From Flavobacteriales bacterium (GTDB lineage: Bacteria > Bacteroidota > Bacteroidia > NS11-12g > UBA955), in the NCBI GenBank assembly GCA_947457565.1, contig CANGWH010000001.1, forward strand, positions 7,226-71,225: DNA of 64,000 bases, given 5' to 3'. The first letter of the stretch is position 1; the number at the start of each line of letters is the position of its first letter. A program made the translations under genes and the position numbers. Below, in pieces: positions 18,638 through 28,725 of this stretch. The notes under the pieces were generated by a model. It saw only the letters and a list, made by a program, of their open reading frames with translations. It made no database searches and was not told where the DNA came from.

Positions 18638-20746
18638 TTGGAACAAACGTTAAAATTATCGTTCGCTGAAAAAATCGTGCTGGCTATTTTGGAAGATTTT
18701 CCAAAAGGCACACTAAATGCGCAACGATTACATTCTCGAATACCTAGAGAAGCGAAACTCAACAAAGAACAAGTTTATCGTACATTACTGACGTTATTTA
18801 ATAAAGGATTAATCGATCAACCATCAAAAGGCAATTTTTCTGTTAAAAAATCTACCCTGTGGGTACAAGGAACGGTAATCGCATCTCGAAAAGGCGAGTT
18901 ACTGGTGAAATTATTGGATAATTCCGATGAAATTGCTTATTTACCACAATCTGGACAACAAAAATTAATCCCAGGAGATATTCTCAATGTAGAAATTATT
19001 GCTGGGAAAAGAAAAAATAACGTTCTTAAATATACGATAGAGAAACGTTCAGAGTTACCTATCGTAGGGTATTTAGACATTTTCAAGGAACGTTGTTTTC
19101 TATTACCAATTAAAGATGGCTTTCCTGATATTCGTTTACCGGATAATGCGTGTAAAGCAGAATACGACGGTCACAAAGCGGTGGTTAGAGTTAAAGGTTG
19201 GTCAGAGAATGCGAAATACCCGATGGGCAGAATTATTGAAATTCTGGGCGAATCGGGGCAACAGGACACAGAAATGCATGCTATCGTTGCTGAGTTTGGT
19301 TTTCAAACTAAATTCCCTGCAGAGGTTGAGTATTTTGTTGATGCTATCCCTTCTGAACTGCAAGAATCTGATGTGAAAAATCGACGTGATTTAAGAAAGG
19401 AATTTTGCATAACCATTGACCCAAAGGATGCTAAGGATTTTGACGATGCTATTTCCTATAAAGTAAATGGAAATTCAACCATTGAATTGGGGGTTCACAT
19501 TGCCGATGTTTCGCATTATGTACCCGAAGGTACGGTTTTGGATGCTGAAGCACTAAACAGAGGCACATCCGTATACCTAGCCGATAGAACCATACCCATG
19601 TTGCCGGAAAAACTTTCCAATGGGCTGTGTTCATTAAATCCCCATGTAGACCGATTAGCCTTCTCCGTAATTTTCACCTTAGATGCCAAGTATACCATTA
19701 TTGATCGCTGGATTGGTAAAACTATTATTCATAGTAAGCGAAGATTTTCCTACGAAGAAGCACAAGTTGGAATTATTTCCGGTGAAGGTGAATTTGGCAA
19801 GGAGCTCCAGCATTTAAACACCATTGCCCAACATTTTGAAAAAATTCGCTTTGCTAATGGAGCTTTACGATTTGAATCTAAAGAAATTAGGTTTGAATTG
19901 GATGAATTTCAAAACCCAATAAAAGCAACGATTCGTGAACGATTTGAAGCTCATAAGATGATTGAAACCTTCATGTTAATGGCCAATGAATGGGTGGCTC
20001 AATACGTTAGAACTCTGACCAAACCTTCAGTACCATTTATCTACCGAACCCACGATTCTCCGCCTCCTGAAAAGCTAGCAGAATTCTCCCGTTTTTGTTC
20101 TATGATGGGCTATCCAATTTCCATTGACAATGAAAAGAATTTGAGAAATTCTTTTAATAACTTGATGGATAGAGTTGCGAATGATCCATCGGGTGAAATA
20201 CTACAACAATTAGCTATCCGTACCATGGCCAAAGCAGTTTATACTTCTGGTAAAACTTCGCATTTTGGACTTGCGTTTCCTTTTTATACTCATTTTACCT
20301 CACCCATTCGCAGATACCCTGATTTAATTGCTCATCGTATATTGTTTAAAATATTAAACAATGAATCAACTACTATGTCCGAGATAGAAATTGAACGAAT
20401 GGCAAAACATTGTTCCAATAGAGAACAGCAAGCTGTTGACGCTGAACGTGCAAGTAGCAAGCATATGATGGCCAGATTAATGCAAGACCACATGAGTGAA
20501 TCAATGGAAGCTGTGATTACTGGAATAACCGAATGGGGAATTTTCGCAACGGTGAAAGATTATCATGCTGAAGGATTAATTCGAATCCTAGATTTGAAAG
20601 GAGATCGCTTCCTTTTCATAGAAAATGAGAAAAAATTAGTGGGTCAAAGAACACGTAAAACTTATAACTTGGGTGATATCATTACTGTTAAAGTAAAGAA
20701 GACGGATCCAATAAAAAGAATAATTGATTTTTATTTGTTAGACTAA
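18638..20746 (+). CDS. rnr: Ribonuclease R (HTH/cold-shock N-terminus, RNB catalytic domain, C-terminal S1); TTG start
   Basis: RNB motifs (DPKDAKDFDDA); C-terminal S1 domain; 702 aa. Confidence 0.85.
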   Translation: MEQTLKLSFAEKIVLAILEDFPKGTLNAQRLHSRIPREAKLNKEQVYRTLLTLFNKGLIDQPSKGNFSVKKSTLWVQGTVIASRKGELLVKLLDNSDEIAYLPQSGQQKLIPGDILNVEIIAGKRKNNVLKYTIEKRSELPIVGYLDIFKERCFLLPIKDGFPDIRLPDNACKAEYDGHKAVVRVKGWSENAKYPMGRIIEILGESGQQDTEMHAIVAEFGFQTKFPAEVEYFVDAIPSELQESDVKNRRDLRKEFCITIDPKDAKDFDDAISYKVNGNSTIELGVHIADVSHYVPEGTVLDAEALNRGTSVYLADRTIPMLPEKLSNGLCSLNPHVDRLAFSVIFTLDAKYTIIDRWIGKTIIHSKRRFSYEEAQVGIISGEGEFGKELQHLNTIAQHFEKIRFANGALRFESKEIRFELDEFQNPIKATIRERFEAHKMIETFMLMANEWVAQYVRTLTKPSVPFIYRTHDSPPPEKLAEFSRFCSMMGYPISIDNEKNLRNSFNNLMDRVANDPSGEILQQLAIRTMAKAVYTSGKTSHFGLAFPFYTHFTSPIRRYPDLIAHRILFKILNNESTTMSEIEIERMAKHCSNREQQAVDAERASSKHMMARLMQDHMSESMEAVITGITEWGIFATVKDYHAEGLIRILDLKGDRFLFIENEKKLVGQRTRKTYNLGDIITVKVKKTDPIKRIIDFYLLD

Positions 20747-20747
20747 T

Positions 20748-21698
20748 ATGCAACTAAACGCGCTAACTCAGCTATACCTTGATTTTTTAAAATCGGAAAC
20801 GTTTATTGGAACTCCCACAACACTTTATGATTCCATGAATTATATTATGTCGTTGGGAGGTAAACGGATTAGGCCAGCACTTGTTTTGGCTGGGAACCAC
20901 ATGGCAGCTGGAACACCCAATAGTGCATTACCCATTGCTCATGCCATAGAGATTTTTCATAATTTCAGTCTAGTTCACGACGATATTATGGATGCAGCGT
21001 TAGTGCGAAGGGGTAATCCTACTGTACATGTAAAATGGAATGAACCCACGGCTATTTTATCCGGAGATAATTTACTGATTTTTGCATATAAGTATTTGTT
21101 GAATTACGATGGACCTAACAAAGATTTAATTTTATCTATTTTTAGCGATACAGCAGTAAAAATCTGTGAAGGTCAGCAATGGGATATGGAATTTGCATAC
21201 ACTCCCGCTGTTTCCGAGGAGAATTACCTGCTAATGATTCAATATAAAACTGCCGTTTTACTGGGTTGTGCTTTACAATGCGGTGGATTAAGTGCAGGAA
21301 TTTCTAAAGAGCATTCTCATTTGTTGTATGAATTAGCAATTGACATAGGGATGCAATTCCAGTTAATGGATGACTATTTGGATGCATTTGGAGAAGAATT
21401 CTTAATTGGTAAAAAATCTGGTGGTGATATCATCGAAGGTAAGAAAACTTGGCTTTACATAAAATCCGAGGAACTGGACAAAAACACAGAATCTTGGTTC
21501 AATAGTTACCTTGGCGATGATCGCGTTACTGTAATTAAGCAACATTGGTTATCGATGGGTTTAGATAAAATGATCTTACAAAAAGCAGAGCACTATAAAC
21601 TAAGAGCAGAAAATAAGATAATGTCTTGGGAACAACTCGGTTATTCGTCTGAAATATTAACAGAAATCTTGGACTTTCTCAGTGGGCGTAAGGCTTGA
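20748..21698 (+). CDS. Polyprenyl (geranylgeranyl/octaprenyl) diphosphate synthase
   Basis: Two aspartate-rich motifs, LVHDDIMD and QLMDDYLD. Confidence 0.85.
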   Translation: MQLNALTQLYLDFLKSETFIGTPTTLYDSMNYIMSLGGKRIRPALVLAGNHMAAGTPNSALPIAHAIEIFHNFSLVHDDIMDAALVRRGNPTVHVKWNEPTAILSGDNLLIFAYKYLLNYDGPNKDLILSIFSDTAVKICEGQQWDMEFAYTPAVSEENYLLMIQYKTAVLLGCALQCGGLSAGISKEHSHLLYELAIDIGMQFQLMDDYLDAFGEEFLIGKKSGGDIIEGKKTWLYIKSEELDKNTESWFNSYLGDDRVTVIKQHWLSMGLDKMILQKAEHYKLRAENKIMSWEQLGYSSEILTEILDFLSGRKA

Positions 21699-21861
21699 TT
21701 AAGTTAATGACAGTTTTTCTTATTGGAACATTTCTTACTACAATATTTAACAGCTTCCCAGTTATTTTCCCATTTTTTTCTCCATTCCATAGGCTTACCA
21801 CATGTTAAACAGATTTTGGGTTCAAATCCATTTTTACGTTTAGCAATCATTTACTTGAAAA

Positions 21862-24800
21862 TTAATGAATAACAGTAACAGTACCAGTTTTTGTATATTT
21901 CTTATTATCCCATCCCCAAAAATCAACCTTCCAAGCGTAAACACCATCCGGTAAATCTTTACCAAAAACGGTTGCGTCCCATTGATTTTTCTTTTGGTTT
22001 GATTCCCAGAGTATATTCCCCCATCGATCATAAACCAACATAGAATATTCTCTTACAAAAACCGGAAATGTACCCCAAATGTCGTTTAATCCATCTTTGT
22101 TCCGTGTAATACCTGTTGGAACCCATACTTCAGGTTTTTGAAATAAATAGATCCAATTGCTTTCAGATAAAGTCTGAGTTAAATCCCCCGGTTTATTTCT
22201 TTTAGCCTTAACTCGGTACCAATATCCACCCCAATCATAATCTAGATTTTTATCAACCAAACTGCGATTTAAGTAGCCAGCCTGAATACTTGAAAACGGA
22301 TGACCATCATCCATGCGTTCAACCTCCCAATCTCTTACGCCATCTAACCACCCTTGATAATTCATCCACCAAATTGGAAACGAATAATTTGGCGCTCCAA
22401 TTACCGAACCTTCCAAAACAACATTACACCCCTCATTGGACAAGTTGCTTATATGACCGCATTGATCTGTCACGATAATACTGTAGCAATAACTATCTAA
22501 ATCTGGATTAAACGTTGAATCTCGATAAAATGTATCTGTGGTAATGGCAAAAGGCAATTTCCCAGGTGTATCTCCGCGTTTATATCGATACAATTCAAAC
22601 TCCTTAAAATCAGGTTCGAAGCTTTTACCCCATCGAATTTCGGCAAATTTATCTTGTTGAATTGTTGTAGTATACAGTTCCACCCCTTTAATTGGGGTAT
22701 TTAGTTCAGTTACACTGCAGAATTTCTGCAATGAAAAAACTCTAATATCACAACGATTTACTCCGATTAGTTCATAACAATAATTATTTTGCCTTGGATT
22801 AATGATATTTCCATCAATAAAATTTCCAGCTTGGTTGTTCCAAATTGTATCTATTGTTTCTGAAGTACCATTGGGATTTGTTTTTTGCAATAAGTAATAT
22901 TTAAAGAAATTAGCAGGCACGACTGTTGAAGGCCATGCAATATTCATTTTAGATGTTTGCCTATCAAAGCTTACACAAATTGTTGCTGGTGGTATTACTT
23001 TGGGTGGTTCCGTAACTAATATTTTAATCGTCCAATAAGTAGTATCAGCCTTTGGGCATCCCCTATCATAAACCATAACTTTTAATACTACAGTATCTAA
23101 TGACCAAGACGTGCATATCGTATTCCAAATTAGCGATAAATCGGCAGTCCCTACTCCAAATTTATTCGCTATCTGAATGGTATCGTCATTATTCATTCCC
23201 CCTTTTTTCAAAATAGTAACATAAGTAAACAATGTGTCTGATGGATCAGGGTCTTTAGCAACAAGTTTAACATTAATTGATTGTGTGGCAACCACTTGTA
23301 TAAATGTATCCTTTAAAAACGGTTTTAGATTTAAATTCTCAAAGTCTATTTTAAATAAAGCATTATTGCAATTATCCGAATTCATAGTCCTAGAATATGC
23401 ACTTGGCGTTGTAGGAAATAATCCATTTTGCCTACAACCAGCACACACAGATTGGTAAATTATTCCTTTCGCATCAAACCTAGATGTTCCTCCATCTACA
23501 TGCTCTTCGGCTGTTCTAGAACCAGATGTTACACCTCCAAAATACGTTGCATAAGCCAATGAATACATATTTTTAGAGAAAACTGCAACATAAAAATCAG
23601 AACCATCAGTACTTTTTTGAGCTGCATCAGCAGTCAAGGGCATATTTCTTGTATTGCCTTTATTGCGATGTTTTTTTGGCTGGAATGTAAATACATCAAC
23701 CAAATGTTGATTGGTAGTACCACCCCAACCAGAAACAAATAATCGACCACATCTATCAATTAAAAAAGCCGACGGGCTTAGATTAGGCATTATTACACCA
23801 TTATTCGTTGCGCCGAAGCAAGATTGCCAATTAATACTGGTTAAATCAGTTGAAAAAGATGCTAAGAATTGTGGAGTGTTTGGAAGAAAAAAGCGTGGAT
23901 TTTTCTGCGAAGGAATACTTCCCTCAGTTTGACCATAAATATGAGGGAAACCAGCAGGATCAGTTTGTACAAAATATGCTTGATCGTATTTGTTTGTGCC
24001 ATAATATGTACCACCCAATAGATTCCCGTCGCGATTATCGTAACGCAACAAAATCCCGTCTGCTTCTCCTCCATTATAAGAACCAAAATTTGGAAATCGA
24101 TTAAGATCTGTGCTGCTGCTTCCTCCGGCTACATATAATTGATTGTTTTTACCAAGAGCTAATCCGTAAAAAGCATCGTACCCAGTACTTCCAAATTCTT
24201 CTGACCATTTTAGTTGACTTAAATCACTATTTAAGCAAAAAACAACGCCATCAGATTTACCACCAAAAGCTCTACTGCTTGTCCTCGGGAAATCAATGCT
24301 GGAAGTAACGCCTGCAACATATACATATTTCTGATCGGTAATTATTTCACCGCGAAACTCATCGGCATAATTGTAAATCAGTGGGAAATCATCCACTGAG
24401 GTTAGAGATCTATCCGCGCCTACTGCATCCAATCCTTTACCACCGATATAGGTAGAACCCAATAAAACAGTACCCGAATTGTTAAATTTAGAAATAAAAA
24501 AATCATAATCACCCGATTTCTTTGTTTTGTAAGCTGAATTGGTAATAGGAAAAAAATCTGATTTTGTAGATCCCATAACATACAAGTTACCTAAACTATC
24601 GGCTACCATTGAATGCGGCTGCTCATTTCCTTCACCACCCAAATAAGTACAAAACAACAATTGATTACCCGCAGAACTAAACTTTAGTATTGCAGCATCT
24701 CTATCCCCACCATAGCCTAAATCCTCATCTTCACCACCACCGAAGTTGATTTGAATAGCACCGGGTGTAACTGGCAATCCAAAATCAAAGACCGTGCCTC

Positions 24801-25641
24801 CAGCGAATCCATTACCCCAGTTATCATAAGTACCAGTACAACCAAAATTATCTGCCCTAGACCCGCTATAGGTACTAAATACCAATATTGGATCAATAAT
24901 CAAACTGTCCGAATTATTAATATCTAAAGGAAAGTCATAGGTTACTTCGATCCTATTTGTAGGTATTGAAGATGATAAATGTTTCTTAACATTGTAATTA
25001 ATACCTATTCTTTTTAATTCTTGATTTTGCATTTTCCAAGAAATCGGCAAGATTTCTTTCCAAGAACCAATTGCATTTAGAAAGTTTAATTCATTGTCTC
25101 GATTAGCCATTAATTCGCTACCGATAATAGTGTAAGAAATATTTTTACAACTTTCAGTAGTACCAATCCAATTATATTTTATTCCATTTGATGTGGTATA
25201 AATTTCCAATTTTACACCAGTCCAAATGTTTTTGCACACCAACTTACTGTATTTTTTTATGTTTGATTTCCATTTATTGGGATCATTACCTTTAAAAAAA
25301 TTATAAACTTCGGAGGTTGAATCGCCTTCAAAAGAAAAGTTAAACGATTGATTGGCTTGATTAAAATTAAAAAAAGTAACCGCGGCAGATACACTATGTT
25401 TTCCAAATCTATCATGATGTAATTCTTCCAGTTGATTGGAATTCCATTCCATCCATTTAAAACCTTTATAGGTAATCCAAAAATCACCATTATTTAGAGG
25501 GATTTTGGCGATAACTTGAGAATCCCACTGCCCTTTATTTGGTATAATAACAGCAGAAGTTGTTGGGTCAGTTACCGAATTGCCCAAAAGAGTAAATGTT
25601 GAAAAGAAACAAACCCATGCACACACTAATCTTGTCAACAT
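21862..25641 (-). CDS. Large secreted protein with beta-propeller-like repeats and a T9SS type-B (CHU_C / gliding-motility-associated) C-terminal sorting domain. The start is set at the signal-peptide Met; the ORF track extends to 25689.
   Basis: N-terminal MLTRLVCAWVCFFSTFTLLG signal peptide. C-terminal block reads WVPTGITRNKDGLNDIWG...YDRWGNILWES...DGVYAWKV, typical of the type-B CTD. Confidence 0.75.
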   Translation of the reverse strand: MLTRLVCAWVCFFSTFTLLGNSVTDPTTSAVIIPNKGQWDSQVIAKIPLNNGDFWITYKGFKWMEWNSNQLEELHHDRFGKHSVSAAVTFFNFNQANQSFNFSFEGDSTSEVYNFFKGNDPNKWKSNIKKYSKLVCKNIWTGVKLEIYTTSNGIKYNWIGTTESCKNISYTIIGSELMANRDNELNFLNAIGSWKEILPISWKMQNQELKRIGINYNVKKHLSSSIPTNRIEVTYDFPLDINNSDSLIIDPILVFSTYSGSRADNFGCTGTYDNWGNGFAGGTVFDFGLPVTPGAIQINFGGGEDEDLGYGGDRDAAILKFSSAGNQLLFCTYLGGEGNEQPHSMVADSLGNLYVMGSTKSDFFPITNSAYKTKKSGDYDFFISKFNNSGTVLLGSTYIGGKGLDAVGADRSLTSVDDFPLIYNYADEFRGEIITDQKYVYVAGVTSSIDFPRTSSRAFGGKSDGVVFCLNSDLSQLKWSEEFGSTGYDAFYGLALGKNNQLYVAGGSSSTDLNRFPNFGSYNGGEADGILLRYDNRDGNLLGGTYYGTNKYDQAYFVQTDPAGFPHIYGQTEGSIPSQKNPRFFLPNTPQFLASFSTDLTSINWQSCFGATNNGVIMPNLSPSAFLIDRCGRLFVSGWGGTTNQHLVDVFTFQPKKHRNKGNTRNMPLTADAAQKSTDGSDFYVAVFSKNMYSLAYATYFGGVTSGSRTAEEHVDGGTSRFDAKGIIYQSVCAGCRQNGLFPTTPSAYSRTMNSDNCNNALFKIDFENLNLKPFLKDTFIQVVATQSINVKLVAKDPDPSDTLFTYVTILKKGGMNNDDTIQIANKFGVGTADLSLIWNTICTSWSLDTVVLKVMVYDRGCPKADTTYWTIKILVTEPPKVIPPATICVSFDRQTSKMNIAWPSTVVPANFFKYYLLQKTNPNGTSETIDTIWNNQAGNFIDGNIINPRQNNYCYELIGVNRCDIRVFSLQKFCSVTELNTPIKGVELYTTTIQQDKFAEIRWGKSFEPDFKEFELYRYKRGDTPGKLPFAITTDTFYRDSTFNPDLDSYCYSIIVTDQCGHISNLSNEGCNVVLEGSVIGAPNYSFPIWWMNYQGWLDGVRDWEVERMDDGHPFSSIQAGYLNRSLVDKNLDYDWGGYWYRVKAKRNKPGDLTQTLSESNWIYLFQKPEVWVPTGITRNKDGLNDIWGTFPVFVREYSMLVYDRWGNILWESNQKKNQWDATVFGKDLPDGVYAWKVDFWGWDNKKYTKTGTVTVIH

Positions 25642-25780
25642 ATTATATTGACTTAATTTAATGCATGTTGGTTGTTTAGTGCAAAGCATTCTTTTTCAAA
25701 AATCGTATTTTTTTATTGAGTTACTGCGTTTTAGCTATGAATTAAACGTTTAAGTTAGTTGGTAATTGTAATTTTGTGCG

Positions 25781-26701
25781 ATGAGTCATTCAAATCTTCG
25801 ATTATTATTCTATGGCACACCAGATTTTGCTGCAGAATCATTACAAGCAATGTTCGATGCAAATTTCAATATTGTAGGAGTAATCACTGCACCGGACAAG
25901 GCATCTGGAAGAGGAATGAAATTGCAAGCAAGCGCTGTTAAACAGTTGGCTATTAGTTTAGGTCTTCCCATTTTTCAACCAACCAATTTAAAATCGGTAG
26001 AATTTCTGGATTCAATACAACAATTGGAGGCTGATCTTGGAGTAGTAATTGCATTTAGAATGTTACCCGAAAGTATATGGAATGCACCAAAACTTGGAAC
26101 GATTAATTTACATGGTTCATTATTACCAAAATATCGCGGAGCGGCTCCTATTCAGCATGCAATTATTCAGGGAGAAAAAATAACCGGACTTACGGTTTTC
26201 TTTTTAAGGCATGAAATAGATACCGGCGATATTCTAAAAACCGAAGAAATAGCGATTGATGATCATGAAGATTTCGGTTCATTGTATAATAAAATGAAGA
26301 TATCAGGAAGTAAGCTAATTGTGAAAGCTATTAGGGAAATTTCGACCAACAATTACCATCTTCAACCTCAATCTTCAGCAGGGGATCCAACCTTTGCTCC
26401 GAAAATAACCAAGGAATTTTGCAAATTGGATTTAACAAAACTCTGTAAAGAGAATTTCAATAAGATTCGCGGATTATCGCCACATCCAGGTGCGTGGTTA
26501 GAAATAGATGATAGTATAATTAAAATATACTCCACAGTATTTACGGAAATTTTACCTATAAATCAGAATGATATTCAGATTATAGGTAAAAATGTGTACC
26601 TCAAGTGTGGGGATGGTCTTTTAGAAATTACTTCCATGCAATTAGCAGGCAAACCAAGAATTTCTGGTGTAGATTATGTAAATGGCATTAAAAATCGTTA
26701 A
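25781..26701 (+). CDS. fmt: Methionyl-tRNA formyltransferase
   Basis: Formyltransferase N-terminal (SLLPKYRGAAPIQ) and C-terminal domains. Confidence 0.9.
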   Translation: MSHSNLRLLFYGTPDFAAESLQAMFDANFNIVGVITAPDKASGRGMKLQASAVKQLAISLGLPIFQPTNLKSVEFLDSIQQLEADLGVVIAFRMLPESIWNAPKLGTINLHGSLLPKYRGAAPIQHAIIQGEKITGLTVFFLRHEIDTGDILKTEEIAIDDHEDFGSLYNKMKISGSKLIVKAIREISTNNYHLQPQSSAGDPTFAPKITKEFCKLDLTKLCKENFNKIRGLSPHPGAWLEIDDSIIKIYSTVFTEILPINQNDIQIIGKNVYLKCGDGLLEITSMQLAGKPRISGVDYVNGIKNR

Positions 26702-26840
26702 TAATTGATTTTTTTTGATTAAAAATTTGCTTTTGTAAATTTTATTATTTTCATTGCGATTGTAAACAAATCAAACAAACGCCTATAAGCCAAACTCCTA
26801 CCTGAAAAACTTGCTTATTTAACCATTAATTAACAACCGC

Positions 26841-26848
26841 AAGGAGGT
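26841..26848 (+). promoter_or_regulatory. Strong Shine-Dalgarno AAGGAGGT, 3-4 nt upstream of the ECF sigma ATG
   Basis: Seen directly: ccgcAAGGAGGTagtATG. Confidence 0.5.
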
Positions 26849-26851
26849 AGT

Positions 26852-27433
26852 ATGAATGCACCTATAATCGCAGACGGCGTTTTGATTCAACGCTACATGC
26901 AAGGAAACCAAGCAGCGTTTGAGACACTTCTCAACCGTCATCGTAATCGTATTTTCACAAGTATTTATTTGTTGGTGAACGATAGATATTTAGCTGAAGA
27001 TATTTTCCAAGAGACGTTTATCAAAATTATTAATAATATCCAGGCCGGTAAATATAATCACGAGGACAAGTTTCTTCCATGGGCAATGCGTATTGCACGT
27101 AATCTTAGTATCGATACTATCCGTTCGAGAAAAAGAATGCCAGTAGTTGTTGATTCAGAAGGTCGTGATGTTTTTGATTGTTTAGGTATTTCTGTACAAA
27201 GCAGAGAGGATGAGCAAATTAATCAAGATGAGATTAGCGCTTTAAAACATTGGATACGCGAACTACCCGAAGAGCAAAGAGAAGTTCTAATTTTAAGAAA
27301 TTACGCTGAGCTTAGTTTCAAGGAAATAGCGGTACTTACTAATACAAATATTAACACATGCATCGGAAGAATGCATTACGCTATTTTGAATCTTAGAAAA
27401 AAAATGCAAAAAAATACCGTTCGTGTAAAATAA
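26852..27433 (+). CDS. ECF-subfamily RNA polymerase sigma-70 factor
   Basis: sigma70 region 2 (FQETFIKII) and region 4 (LSFKEIAVLTNTNINTCIGRMHYA). Confidence 0.85.
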   Translation: MNAPIIADGVLIQRYMQGNQAAFETLLNRHRNRIFTSIYLLVNDRYLAEDIFQETFIKIINNIQAGKYNHEDKFLPWAMRIARNLSIDTIRSRKRMPVVVDSEGRDVFDCLGISVQSREDEQINQDEISALKHWIRELPEEQREVLILRNYAELSFKEIAVLTNTNINTCIGRMHYAILNLRKKMQKNTVRVK

Positions 27434-27436
27434 TCT

Positions 27437-27473
27437 CGGGCTTATGGCGTTTTTAATTCAAATCAAACGCCCG
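27437..27473 (+). promoter_or_regulatory. Imperfect hairpin (CGGGC..GGCGTTT / AAACGCCCG) between the sigma gene and the downstream small ORF
   Basis: Inverted repeat seen directly in the 41-bp spacer. Confidence 0.35.
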
Positions 27474-27474
27474 A

Positions 27475-27714
27475 ATGCTTATGATTACACCCATTACCGA
27501 AACCGATTTATTGTTATTTTACTACCAAGAAGCTGATGAGGTAACCACTTCAATCATTCGAGAGCATTTACCAGAAAACACGGATTGGCAGTATTTCCTT
27601 AATGAATTAGCAACTATTTCTAGCGAATCCTCATCGTTAATGTGTTCGCCAAGCAATACAACACTGTCAATTATCCTTGAGGAGAGTAGATCTCAACTGG
27701 AACACACGTTATAA
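27475..27714 (+). CDS. Small acidic hypothetical protein (79 aa) immediately downstream of the ECF sigma; candidate atypical anti-sigma factor
   Basis: Position only. No TM segment and no zinc-finger HxxxCxxC motif. Confidence 0.35.
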   Translation: MLMITPITETDLLLFYYQEADEVTTSIIREHLPENTDWQYFLNELATISSESSSLMCSPSNTTLSIILEESRSQLEHTL

Positions 27715-27771
27715 CTTTCTTTCGACGCTTTGCGTTAAGGTATTTCACCTTGAATTTCTTAATTTTGAGGT

Positions 27772-28725
27772 ATGGATTTTATACCCAAATTAGATCTTAA
27801 TGATTTTACTATAGGAGGCAATGAAAAAAAACAGGCATTTGTTAGTGCCTTGGGTAATGCTTACGAAGAAATTGGTTTTGTTGCTATTCGTAATCATGGA
27901 ATAGATAAAGTTTTACTACAGAATTTATACGAACAGGTTTCAATATTTTTCAATTCTTCAGTTTCATTAAAAAGCAAATACAATGATGACCAAGGTGGCG
28001 GTCAACGGGGCTATACAGGATACGGCAAAGAGCATGCAAAGAACCGGAATACAGGAGATTTAAAAGAATTTTGGCACTTTGGTCAATTTACAGAAGATTC
28101 AGTAGACCCAACAAACACCCCTGTATATCCAAAAAACAAAATGGTAGAAGAACTACCACTGTTTAACTTACATGGGAAATTAGCCTATAAAGCTCTAGAA
28201 AACGCTGGAATTACCTTGTTACAAGCACTAAGTTTATATTTAGGCCTTGAAGAACGTTATTTCGATTCCAAAGTAATAATGGGAAATAGTATTTTAAGAG
28301 CTATCCATTACCCTCCGATTACGGAAGATCCAAAAGATGCAATAAGAGCCGGTGAGCATGAAGATATTAACTTGATTACTCTTTTGGTAGGGGCTAGTGC
28401 AGATGGCTTGGAAGTATTAAATAAACAAGGGAACTACATAGCTGTTACTGAAGTTGAAGACCACATTGTAGTAAATGTTGGAGATATGTTACAACGACTA
28501 ACTAATGATGTATTAAGGAGTACAACCCATCGAGTAGTAAATCCTCCAAAAGAAAGGTGGAGCGAACCTAGATTTAGTATTCCGTTTTTTCTCCATCCAC
28601 GTCCAGAAACCCGATTGGATTGTTTGCCTAGTTGTGTTTCTGAGAGTAATCCAAAGAAGTATGATGATTGTTCGGCCGATGAATTTTTAACGCAACGCTT
28701 AAAGGAAATTGGTCTAATAAAATAA
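27772..28725 (+). CDS. 2-oxoglutarate/Fe(II)-dependent oxygenase (isopenicillin-N-synthase-like)
   Basis: HxD...H iron triad context (HYPP..., HEDINLITLL, STTHRV). Confidence 0.75.
   Translation: MDFIPKLDLNDFTIGGNEKKQAFVSALGNAYEEIGFVAIRNHGIDKVLLQNLYEQVSIFFNSSVSLKSKYNDDQGGGQRGYTGYGKEHAKNRNTGDLKEFWHFGQFTEDSVDPTNTPVYPKNKMVEELPLFNLHGKLAYKALENAGITLLQALSLYLGLEERYFDSKVIMGNSILRAIHYPPITEDPKDAIRAGEHEDINLITLLVGASADGLEVLNKQGNYIAVTEVEDHIVVNVGDMLQRLTNDVLRSTTHRVVNPPKERWSEPRFSIPFFLHPRPETRLDCLPSCVSESNPKKYDDCSADEFLTQRLKEIGLIK

Noticed and set aside
21818-21830. tRNA T-loop-like sequence GGGTTCAAATCCA in the 163-bp convergent intergenic region. It is the only tRNA-like signal in any intergenic gap.
   Set aside because: The flanking sequence cannot form a T-stem (TTTGG would need CCAAA opposite; CCATT is present). 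No acceptor or anticodon arms can be drawn. More likely a weak GATTT/AAATC hairpin and T-run acting as a terminator.
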